Shown piece after piece: positions 27,901 to 39,900 of a DNA stretch of 64,000 nucleotides. Position 1 is the stretch's first letter. Each line of letters opens with the position of its first letter. Below the pieces are notes generated by a model. It did not search any database. It was not told the DNA's origin and saw only the letters and a program-made list of their open reading frames with translations. This stretch comes from a virus. The DNA lies in IMG/VR virus record IMGVR_UViG_3300030117_004232, positions 1-64,000 of that record, one strand, 5' to 3'. Made by a program: the position numbers and the translations under genes.

Positions 27901-30900
27901 CCAAGTGACAGAACTCGTTTTAGTCAAGGGTCTAGGTTAGAAGACGTGGCATTTGGTGGTAACTCAGCAACTATCGAACATTTACTCAGTCGAGGGCGAG
28001 TGTTATCATTTGGCGAAGACAACTATGGGAACTCTACACTGAGGGCGCACGGTTTGATTTCTGACATCTCCGCAGCCAGTGTAAACGTCAAGGGTGATGC
28101 AGCCCCTGATTCTCACATTGTCAAGGAAATTATGCCGGGTGCGCCGGTTGTTGCAGTGACATTGGGTGGCCCCGGACAAGGTGCCATCAACACCAAAGAA
28201 ACGTGGCAACCAAGCCCTACTGCAAGATTGGCATGGAATACGCGTCGAGACTGCACGACCCTCATTACTGCCTACAATACCAGTACGATTACAGTCAAGG
28301 CTCTCAATAACAGAGCAGACGATTTGGCTTCTTGGGGAACCTATTGCTTCCCAAAGATTGGTAGAGTGTACATCGGATTGAAAGATGATGTTACGGGTAG
28401 GATGCGTTACGCTTCGGCGGAATATGCAAGCAAGAATGCAACTACATTCACATTCGATACAGGGGCTGCCGCTGGAAGAGGAACGGGCCTGTTCCTCGAT
28501 TTTGACGGAAATGAAGAAGCGCGATTTACAGATTGGTACGCCACAATCATTGCTGAAGCGGATACTTCTAGCACTGGTTTGGTCGGACTAATGTTATCGA
28601 TTGACGATAAATTCTCAGAGGAATCAATGTGCAGCGATGGTACCACCATCAATGACCGTTTGTTCCAGACACTAGACACTGTCAGTCACGATTACCAATT
28701 GGGTAGTCAATATGCGAGTACACGCGCATTGGTCGAAATCCCACTGTTTGAAGAATTTTTCTTTGAGAATCACGACAAGGGTGTTTTCCCCGGACCTGAC
28801 AACAGTATGAAAATTCACATTGATTGTACACATACTGCACACACTTGGGCACCAAACCCAGTTGGGCGTAGATTTGAAGCCGTATCGCCCAAAGACCCAG
28901 AGGTATTTGCTGCGTTTTCATATACGATTGGCAACCAAACGCATCAGCCGGGAACAAAGGTTTCTCAGCCCTATGATGTGAGTAATCATAGAGTTCACGT
29001 AGAAGATTCAGATATATTTCCAATTGCTTCTGCTGCGCCTATTGCAGTGGCTGGAATCAACGGTAGCGCTCGTTATCGACGTGCCTTCTTGAGTTCAGGA
29101 GAGTGGTGCATTTATGTTGCAAAAGACCAGTCTTCTACTGTTTCTTTGGAATTAGCGGGCTCAGCAGGTGATACTTGGTCAATGTCCAAGAATTTCCTTA
29201 GAGACTTGACTGTAGGCGCATTGCTTACTCCTGCACCCGGCTACCAAGACATGAATTATCGGTCGATTGCGGACAACCCTGAGTTAATTAGTGCGGGTTA
29301 CGAAGGGCGGCGGTCTTTCTACTATGACCGCTCAAACGCAATGACTCAAGGTGGAAATGTTGACTATGGACTTCGTCAGTACGTATCGGCTGTAGAATTT
29401 AGAGCAGGACCTAAGACAAATCCACATTTAGATAGAATACAAAACAAGCGAGCCCGTTCTAAGGTAGTCGCCACTACGTCTGGTGGAGGTGGTGTCGTTG
29501 CAACCATTACTGTGGAAGATGCGTCACTGTTCCCTACAGATACTCCAAATGCGTTGTATGGTTATCGATTGGCTTGGAGAGATACAGGTGGTACGATTCG
29601 ATATGGTACCTACACTACTCGTAAGCCAAATGCCAACCTCATGACAGTAACTTCTACAGAGACAACTCACCCTGCTGTCGGGGATGAAGTATACATTGAG
29701 AGCCTATACGCACTGTCTGCATCGACTTGGCCCCGCACAATTGATGGTTTCCTCAGCCGAGCATGGGCATATCCCTACGCACCCGGTGGACTACGTGATG
29801 GAGATACTGTATGGATGAATATGCACTACACCAATCCACACGCCATGGAAGGCTTGTTCTGTAAAAGTAGAGGTACTCTGGACGAAGGTAAGGTGTGGAC
29901 AGGATTTAATGGGGGCATGGGTGCGTTACATGCAACCAATCCGAGAGATAGTATCCCACTGGAAAATTTCTTGATTGGCAATACTTGTGTCGAAACGGCT
30001 CAGAACTTTGTTCAACACGTCAACAAATCAGTTGAACTTCATCATACTGCAATGGGCGTCGCTTCACCAGCGGATAAAAGCCCGATGGTTGCATATATCG
30101 ACCCATACCAAAGTACAGACGAATTTACCCGAGTTTTACTGTATGATGTGGCCCACGACCGGGAGTTCATCGCCTTCCAAGACCTTTGGATGCAAGTACA
30201 ATCGAGTGCAGATGCAACCAAGATTGGGGCAGCACCAAGTCACACTGGTGGTGTAATTCTCAACACCGATGCTAATTCTGGCTCGTGGTTGGATGTTCCT
30301 GCTGGGTTTGCCAGCCAAAGTCCATATCTGAACAGTACAACCCAATCCGATTTCATCGAAACGGCTTACTGCCACGCTAGTACTTGGAACGCTTCTAACA
30401 CAAGCGCTGGAGGTGTCAAAGGTCTGGGTATACATCGACCACAAATCCAAACTTCTTCCTTTGGTGTCTATGCTCCTAGAACAAATCCAGCAGTAGTTGA
30501 TTCAGCATCTGCTGCGACTAAACACGATGAGGTTGTCAAGGACCAACGAGAGCAATCTACATTCTTTGATACGCCTGATGGTACTCGTTGCATACCTGCT
30601 TTCCTTGCACTAAAAGGTATTCGGGCTACTACGTTGGATTTAACCAACCACAAAGAAAATCATTCTTCACACGGGCGAGGACTCAATAGTCACCCACACT
30701 GGACACAAATGGATTTCACTCGTAGACTGACGATTGATTTTGGTGAAGTTTCACTTAGAGATGGAGTAACGGATATTGAGTCTGCTGCTAGAGAAGTTGT
30801 ACGCATGATTAACCAAGCGGGTGCGAAGAATGGGCGGACGCACGCTCGCCTTCATTCCGACTTTTCGGCTACTGCATCGACACATGACCCTGCTCCTTTT

Positions 30901-33900
30901 TGGGCCCCTGAACAAGCGTTTGCTAGTCTTGATAGAGGAACACACATGGGGTATGTTCGTGCGCATCTCGGTCGTGTATCTATCGATTCATCAGACCCAG
31001 AAAACAAAGGGTTCAGTATTGTTATTCACAGTACTGTCCCCGGTGCATCCGGTCGAAACTTCTGTACTTGGCTTGATAACTCCAAGGCTCAGAGCCCATA
31101 TCGTCCAGAATACATGATTGGGCACGGCGGGCGCTTCCGTAATTACTGGTGCCAACCAGATGAGGTAACTGGGGAAAACATGCACCCAGCACCCATGCCA
31201 ATCAACAGGCATGGTCGCCCATTTGCTCCAATTACAACTCTCAAGGAGTTCTTGCCACCTGAAGAGTTGAATGACCAAATGATGAACAATTTAGACCTCG
31301 GGCCAGAAACACAGGCAACTGCATTGTTTGCATCTACCAACGAAGAGTCCAGCACAGGGCGTAATTACAATTCTGTTGCAAACGAATCCTTTGAGACAAA
31401 GAGTCCGGCTGGTACTCTGATTGACGGACTACGCGTTGGTACGAAGGCCAAGGCTCGCATCAACTTTGGCGGCATGACCATGGCCGGTATTCCCGGCTGG
31501 GCACCAGATGCTGGTAAGTGGGGCTTTGGTAGAGATGGAGAGAATCCAAGATTCGATGCAATTTATGGTGTAGGTGTCAATAATGCTACAATCAAGGCTA
31601 CTTCTTTGAATTTAGACAATAGTGCTGACAGATATATTCCATTAGATGATATGCAGAGTCAAAACATTGGGGATGGAAATTTATACGGTATTCGCTTTGT
31701 TGACCATCGTGGTGATTCCCACACCATCCGTATGGTGTATCGTCAGTATGGAGAAAGATTCGCTAATGATTTAACTACTCTACCGCCATCAATCGATGAT
31801 GAACTTATCATTCATTTCGATGACAGAGATGTAGCACAAGGTGGGTTCACCATTGGGCAACACATGGCTGGAACAGGTGAGGTTACGGGCAACATGACCA
31901 ATGGTACGGCCTCTTCTTGGAAAGGTAACTTGTGGAACAATTACCCAGCGCGTAATGTCGGGATTAGAGTTTCAACATCGATAACTGGAAGCGGTAGTGC
32001 AAGACAACTCACTCTAACACTGCAAGACCCGTATCAGAGTGGCGGAAATTTCAGCCATCCAGATGTGCTTGGTTATTTGGGCTTCCCAAAGAAAGACGGC
32101 ATGATTCAACTGTCAGATGATGGCGGGCATCTTGGTCTGACTTTCTCCTATAGTAGTCGGACAACTGGGGGTGTCGGTAGCACTGTTCGATTCTATGGCG
32201 TTGTAGGTGGGTTTGCTGGATATGACGAAACTGATGCTAACGAAGATTGGATTCTCAGTCCACGCATCAATTTCACAAGTGTACTGACCGATGAAGTGAT
32301 TGCTGCTGCTGTAGAGTATGCGATGAAGTTAGACAACGTCAACAGTGATGACTTGAATGTTACTAGTTTCGATTGCACCTCTATGTTTGCACCTGATGGT
32401 CGCACATTGAAAGAGTGGGGTGTAAGCCCAACTGCTATTCGTATCAGAACCAAGTCAGATGCATCTATTCCCCTTAACAAATTGTTTGAGGTTAGCAGAG
32501 AGAAAGACTGGGGCTTGGTTGAAGGTGCCAGTAGCGACACTGCTGTTGGTAGTCATCACACAGGCGGTCTGTCAAACTCTGAGCGCGATGCCGGAACTCG
32601 ACTGGATGTAGGTTACATCCCTGAAACTGTATTGCACATTACAACGAAGTATAGAGGGTCCAATGCTAATACTGCAACTCCTGTACTTGTAGACAATCAG
32701 AACAATGTGGTCGATACAGGACTTTGGCGAAGAAATCTTCGTGGTGAAAATTACACAGATGTCGCTGGGGACCACATTATTCCGCGAGTAGACAGCCCGA
32801 TGGTTAAGATTGACTCTGATACATCGACTACTCTCGTATTGGCAAGCAATGAGTATGTATTCTTAGCAGGTGCACCTTCGACGACGGCTGGTACAGGTCG
32901 ATGGGGTGAGCGATTTACACTTTGGTTCGGGTCTGAGGAGTATGGTACTGTCGCAGGTACAGATGAGGATACGCTCACCTTTGCAGCAAATGATGGTACT
33001 TCATCGGGCTTTACCAATGGAAACATTGACCAAAATGACATCTTGATTAAGAATGGCGGCCCTGTTCACAAAGCCAAGCAAATAGATGGTATTCGTAGAG
33101 CCGGTAGTAAACTGTCAAGTCCATTTCTTTACTTCCGTGGTGGAAGAGATAGTGCTGACCACTGGGTTCCATTGTTCTTCGGAGGTGGTTTCTCTGGTGT
33201 TGTTATGGACATCAATGATGGCACGGAAAATGATTACTCGGACTTCTATACCCATCCTTACGCTGCTGGACCCACTGGTGCATGTGGATTGCAAAATGCA
33301 GGCGAAATGTCAACCGCGTTTTCTCTACTAGACACGAATGCAATGCTGGCCATGTTCCCCGGAACACCATACCTTGACCAGCACAAAGGTCAGAATAATC
33401 CACCTTTCTTCAACCAAGATGCCATCTTACCGTTTGATATGACCAAGGGTGGTAATGCTAAGGTAACTGGGGTAGATTATACAGATGGGACCAACACTGT
33501 AACTGTAACTGTACCCAGCCCAATTGTCATCAAATTTGCTAGTGCAAATGCTAGATACTCCGCAGCACCAAGCGCAGAACATACAACTTACATGATTTTC
33601 GGCCCCGGCCAATCATTCCCTCACAACTACATGTCTCAAGAGCCACAAGGTTCTGCGATGGTGACCGCAGGCAACGGGTATAGTGCTGTACCTATTGCTC
33701 GCACAGCAGGTGGACTTGCGTTTTTACCAAATGAGTTGGCTAATGGTTCACCAACTCATGCAGGTTTCAATACAGGTGGTGCAGAAGCGCACCTACCTAT
33801 GAGTACTTTCTATCAGAAAAATAACGTGAGTGGCTTCAATTATGTCATGAATTGGGAACCAGCGAAAGGCTTTCCAAATCATCGTTCTTTGAGTGGTGCT

Positions 33901-36900
33901 AGTTCCGTAGGATATTCCAATGTGTTTAGTGACTCTCGATTCTTTACAGGCAAGGCGCCCGGTACGTCTAACTTACCAGTTCATGCACATCCGATGAATC
34001 AACCAATCAGTCTTTACAATTCAGGTACACCAAGAGAAGTCGGGACATCAAATTGGTCGACTACACGGTTTTCTTCAGTGATTTGGCACATGGATGGAGG
34101 CTATCACCCCGGTGGACATTTCTTTGATAATGCGGTGCGCAAAAATCCAATGAATGTTGTGGCAAACGCTGTTTTGTCTGGAAATACAACTAACCAGCAT
34201 AACCCTGCCGCATTTAGGGTAGCAGGACTGTTGGCAACGGCTTACAACGCGGCATTCACCTCACCTCACGAAGAACAACTGTGTGATGATAACATTGTTT
34301 TGGTCGATGCCACTAGAGTGCAGAATGCAGAAGAACTAGGTACAATCCTATCAGCAGCAATCAATACATTCCCCGGTTCTTATGGACTCAAAGCGATTGG
34401 TGGTACATTTATGCCATCGTTCCAAACCGGCACAAATCAAGACCGATATGGTTGGCACAAACTGATTATCGACCACAGTAGTGGATATGTTCCTCACAAC
34501 TCTACCACACCTGCATCTATTACAGTGAAAACTACGATTCCTTCGACTTTACCACAGTATGGTTGGATTCGGATGTCAAGTGGAACTAAGGCTGCCGTGG
34601 CTGCCTATTCGTCATATACGGGTAAGACATTCACTCTGGCTGTAAATTCAGTTATGTCTTCTTCTTCAGGTAATGAGACAAATGCCTACGAGCCAAATAC
34701 TGCCGCAGCAATTACAGATACTGATTTCAATGTGGAAGATGGAGAAGTGTATGTATGGACAAAGGCAGGTACACGAAGACACAACAACGTGTCTGGTACT
34801 ACTTCGCGCGACCACTTATGTCAAGTTCACTTCAATGGACTGATTGATGCTGTAGATAGAACAAAGCCCATAGGCGCAGTTGGTTGGCACGGCGAAGCAT
34901 ATTCTTACTTCAATTCTTACCTAGTTGATTCAGCCTATCCTGCCGGACTTGGTGCTTGGCATCCCTTCCTCGGATTCAGTCCTTATGGTGCTGCTGAAAC
35001 ATGCTTGGGTAGTTCAACACCAGTAGGGGTTGCAGACACTCCAACAGCACTTGCCTCAGAGTTTTGTGTAAATGGCCTATCTTCTCGACACTTGGTAGCG
35101 GTTAGTCGAGAATGTGCTTTGTCCTTGGTAGCATTTTCTGACAGAGATGGTATATTTATGCGAGGAGACAGATTATCAGCAAAATTGGGGTCTGACATTT
35201 CCTACGCCGGTACGGTAATGAATTTGAGTGGGTTTAGCAATTCAAGATTTGAAGCGCCCGCGACAGGTGGACCTCATATTGAAGCACATTTCCACACTGG
35301 ATTTGCTCGACCTACACTAGCAGCAGATTATCCTGCTACTAGTGCTGTTCCAACTGACGCACAACTTCACCGCGCCATGCAATCAGGTGATATGGTACAC
35401 GGAACCACTTGCCAATATCCAACAGGAGACTTGTTTTGGGATGAAAGCGTCGTCAAGTCAAACAACTTCCATGAAGATTTTTCAGATTACGGCGTCGAGT
35501 GTATGGGGGCCACAGCCCACACAGATTACTTGAATACCGCAGTGACTGCTGCTCAGCCTCACCCCGGTTTATACGGTTACTACTCAAAGCGCTCTGCTGC
35601 ACGTAATTTCCTACCAGAACATATTGTATGGAAGCGTATGGATGGTGGAAATCTAACGATGCCTGCTCTTAATGCTCGTGGTTTAGGACAAATGCCACTT
35701 TTCTACGCAAAGGATAGTGGGGCATGGAAGTTAAATGGAGAAAAAATTCTTGGCAACGTAAGGTTTTCATTTGAGACAACAAATGCTTCTATGTTCCCGA
35801 TTATACAAGCACAAGAACTAGCACATCCGCAGTTAGCAGAGCAGTACCCAAGAGAAATTCAACAGGCTTTACTAATTCCAAATGAACAAGAGCAATTCAA
35901 GAGTGTACAAGTCATTGATGATACAGGTCAAGAACATCGCCTTGAAGGTGGTTCTCCACTCGGTACAGTCATACTTGATTTCCGCCATGTTAGTGATAGA
36001 GAAATAGAAGGATTGGCGCCTGCTTTGGCTGGAAGCGGCGTATCTCCCAATATGAAGATTGGATTACCAAACCCAGATGAAATACCGGGCAATGTCATTG
36101 TCCGTTCTGGGTTTGACCGAATCCAAGGCTATCAGAATGAAACAATGGGGTCTGGTGGGCTTCAGCATCCTTCACAGCCAAACCAACAAATTATTGATTT
36201 GTTCAAAAACACGAATGCAGGCCCCCGGTTGTGGCCTTTTTGGGAAAATAACGGATGGGAACACATTAGTCAAGATAGTGTAGATGTTTCCCAACTCAAG
36301 AATATACACCGATTGGATTATCCAGCATCTACAAGTAACGGGTGGGAGGATTCCACTGGAAATGCACCTTTGCAAACTGCCTATGAGCCCCATGACCGAA
36401 GTTTGTATTTCCATGTAACAAGAATGGGCATATCCTCTACCCATCGATATTCTAATGACGAGTTGACTTTCAGTAGTTACAGTGGTACAACAATTACGGT
36501 GGGTTCAGCCCCGGAAGCCACGACTTGGAAAATCGAAAGTGAAAAAAGTGGTGGGCGATGGTTCCTACGAGTCTATGACCCTACGACCAACAAAGGTGTA
36601 ATTGCCAGTTACACAAATACGTCTAGTAGTACCTTTACTGGTGTGGTTTATTCTCCTGATTTTGCTGAGTTTGTCGAAGGTAAGACTGGTTTGAAAGTCG
36701 TGCCTTCTTATTACATGCCTGCTGGTACTACTCGATTCTTTGCATCTCGTCGTTTGCGAGACCACTGCGAGGTTAGCGGCGCCAGTCCAGATGCAGCGCA
36801 AATTGATTGGTTTGCTTTCCATAGTACTTTGCCTGCGGACACAGCCGCTACAGAAAATGTCAGTGACAATCCGTGGTATACTCACTTTACAGAGAGGGGA

Positions 36901-39900
36901 TTAACTCCTATGCCTATCCCGCGTATGGGCCATCATTACGTAACGCCTACAATGGCTATTTTGCCCGGTCACTACGCGCATCCTGCATACCAACGAGTGT
37001 ACGATTTGCACCATGCATGTAGAAGTTCCAATCACAAGCCTATGGTTGATGAATTATTGGGCCTAAAGGCTGCAACAAGGGCTGCCAATGAAACAAGCGG
37101 CGTGCTGGTCAATCATCCTAGTGCTGGGACTTACGCTGTGGGAACAACTGCTATTGCAGTGGATACAGTAGATGCTACGACTAAATTCTCAATTGGTGAC
37201 CGAGTCTATGACAGTGTAGGGACTGAACTAGGATTTGTAGAAGCAGTCGGGGCTAACCTCGTTACCTTGGCCTCTCCGGGTATACCTGTCACCATTGCCA
37301 ACAACGCTGCTCTGTTTATGAGTACGGCGACAACACTTACCCGAGGTATTGGATGGAATCCAGCAGCGTGGTTCTCAACACCTACAGCCACCTATGGTCC
37401 GTCAGATATTCATGGCGGTGCGTTTACTCTGATGACTGAAACCAAGGTCAAGTATGATGGATATGGAATCGCAGCGTCTGCGGGAACTCCCGGTAATACA
37501 AATGCAGCCGGTGGGCACAGTCTTGTTTTGGAAGCAGGCTCGACATATACCCTCAATCATCATTTCCCTGACCCATTGGAAGTGGGCGCGTATCAAATTA
37601 TCATTCAGCCCAATGTATTCGCACAGCAATTTAGTGGATTTCATGTAAATCATGCAACCGAAAATAAAGCCCCGTCTGAAAGTGGAACTAAAGTTACAGA
37701 ATTGACTGGTCAGCAAGTAAACACGGTGATTGCAGTTGAGCAAGATACAGCCACAAATGGTGCTTACACGCTGATTTTAGCAGAAGCGATGATGGCAGAT
37801 GTGCGTGGCTGTGAGGTCATTGTAAACGAAGTAATGTTGGATATTGACCCTGATGTCGGTAGTCAGTTTACGTGCTTACCGCCCATGGCTCTGTATAATC
37901 CTCTAGGTGTTCAAGAAACAGCATCTGCACCATTTACACGACGGAGTTTACCTTACCGACCGGGTATGTTCATTAGTTCTACGCCGGGTAGAACTTTGAC
38001 GATTCCTTGGTGGGGTATGCTGCACAAAGACGGATTGACAGAGGGGCTTATCCAAGGGGATGGACTGAGTGTGACCGCAGGTGGTAGTGGTTACACAGGT
38101 GCCACCAACGTAGCAGTGGGCGGAGGAAGTGGCACTGGTCTTACAGTCAATACCACTGTGAGCACAGGTGCAGTTACCGCAGTTGCTATCCATACGGCTG
38201 GAACAGGCTATCGACTTGGAGATACACTTACCATTAGCGGAGGTGGGAGTGATGCTACACTTAGTGTAGATAGAATCAGTTCAACGGGGTGGAGGCACCT
38301 AGAATGGCACAAGCCAGACAATTACTACGAATTCTGTCGAGCATCTTATGGGTGCGTCGGTGCACAATTGACCTTGGCTGGCTACCCCACCTCTTACATG
38401 GACATCTATGCCAAGTATCGGAACAACCGCTCAGCCAACCCAACTTGTGTTGTACTTTCATTGAGTTCTGGCGGCAAGACGATTACGGTGGACAACAATG
38501 ACTTATTCCCTTCCAGACCACACTATGGAGAGCAGTTAGAATACACCAAGAATGGTATTCGCTTTACTGCAACTTACAACAATCGCACAGGTACGCTTGA
38601 TTATGCTACACTGGGTGTATCGACTATTTTCCAAGGGGTTGAAGGAAGTGCTGATTTCTGGGCAAACTTGGCCGCTAATCAGGTACTCAAACTTACGCGC
38701 CCATACGATACACACCCCTCTGACAGTATCTATCTGGAATCCGATAGTAGCATTGTTACCAGACTTATGGAGAAGCCTTTAGAGATACACAAAGGGAGTC
38801 GTGATACGAACAGTTTGCATCTACCTGATGCATATTTGTGTATGTGGCATCCCAACCTTGGTCGCCCATTCACATGGTATAGTGATACTGCTACTGGTGG
38901 TAGTCGCAACTTCTACACAGCGGCTGGTGCAGCAGACACTCCGGTTGACCAAAAGCCATACAATCACATTCCTGAGCACTTTGAAACCATCCACTATCAC
39001 GATTTCAATTATGCAGCGTCGAAGGGGCCATTTGGATTGGCTATGCGATGGATTGTACCACCTGCTGCTGGCACAGCGCCAACCAACTCAAATGATGGCA
39101 TGACATATACTGCGGCTTTGATTGATGCGGATGCAAACCTTGAGCATCAAGGTGGCACGTCTGGTTCGGACAAGTACAACTTTGCTGGCTTTTGGCCTAG
39201 TGGTAGTCGTGGTGGGCCCGGTGTCAGTCGGCTGGAAATGTACGCAGAAGCCTTGGCAGGCTGGGGTGGCGAAAGTTATGGCATGACTGTTACGACTTAC
39301 ACAGATAGCACAGGCATTGCATCTGCATCAAAGCCAAACAACTTGAACGATGGATTCGGCTATCGGTTTGGTGTAGGCCAAGCCCGAAACCGACCGCGTT
39401 GGGCACCTTATATTCGCGGTTGGTTGGAAGTTGCAAATAGCAATGCTCTACTGGGTTACTATCACGGTCCACTTATCCAACAAGATAACAAGACAAACGG
39501 ATGGGATTATGTTGGTGCAGACGGATTGGCTGATGTGAGCCTAACCGCACTCTACGTGGGTATTTTGGAAAGAATCACACAAGTAAGTTCACTGATGAAT
39601 CAAGACCAGTATGGTCGAAAGGTGCGCTATAGTGATGGTAGGCGGCATACTGCCCCATTCGGCTGTCCTGTCCGCACATTGCGCAATGCCTCAACTGTAC
39701 GTCGGTTGTATCCGGGCGATGATACAGGAAAGGGTGTGACAGAACTCGCCAATGCACATCGTTACTACATTGTTGACTGGTGGGGCAATACCCGTGGTGA
39801 AGATGTCAGACGTTTCCCTGTACGTGGATTCGGTATTCGGCCATCTTGGGACCCCGAAGATGCTTATGCAGACACCAACGTCACTCATCGACCCAAGGAT

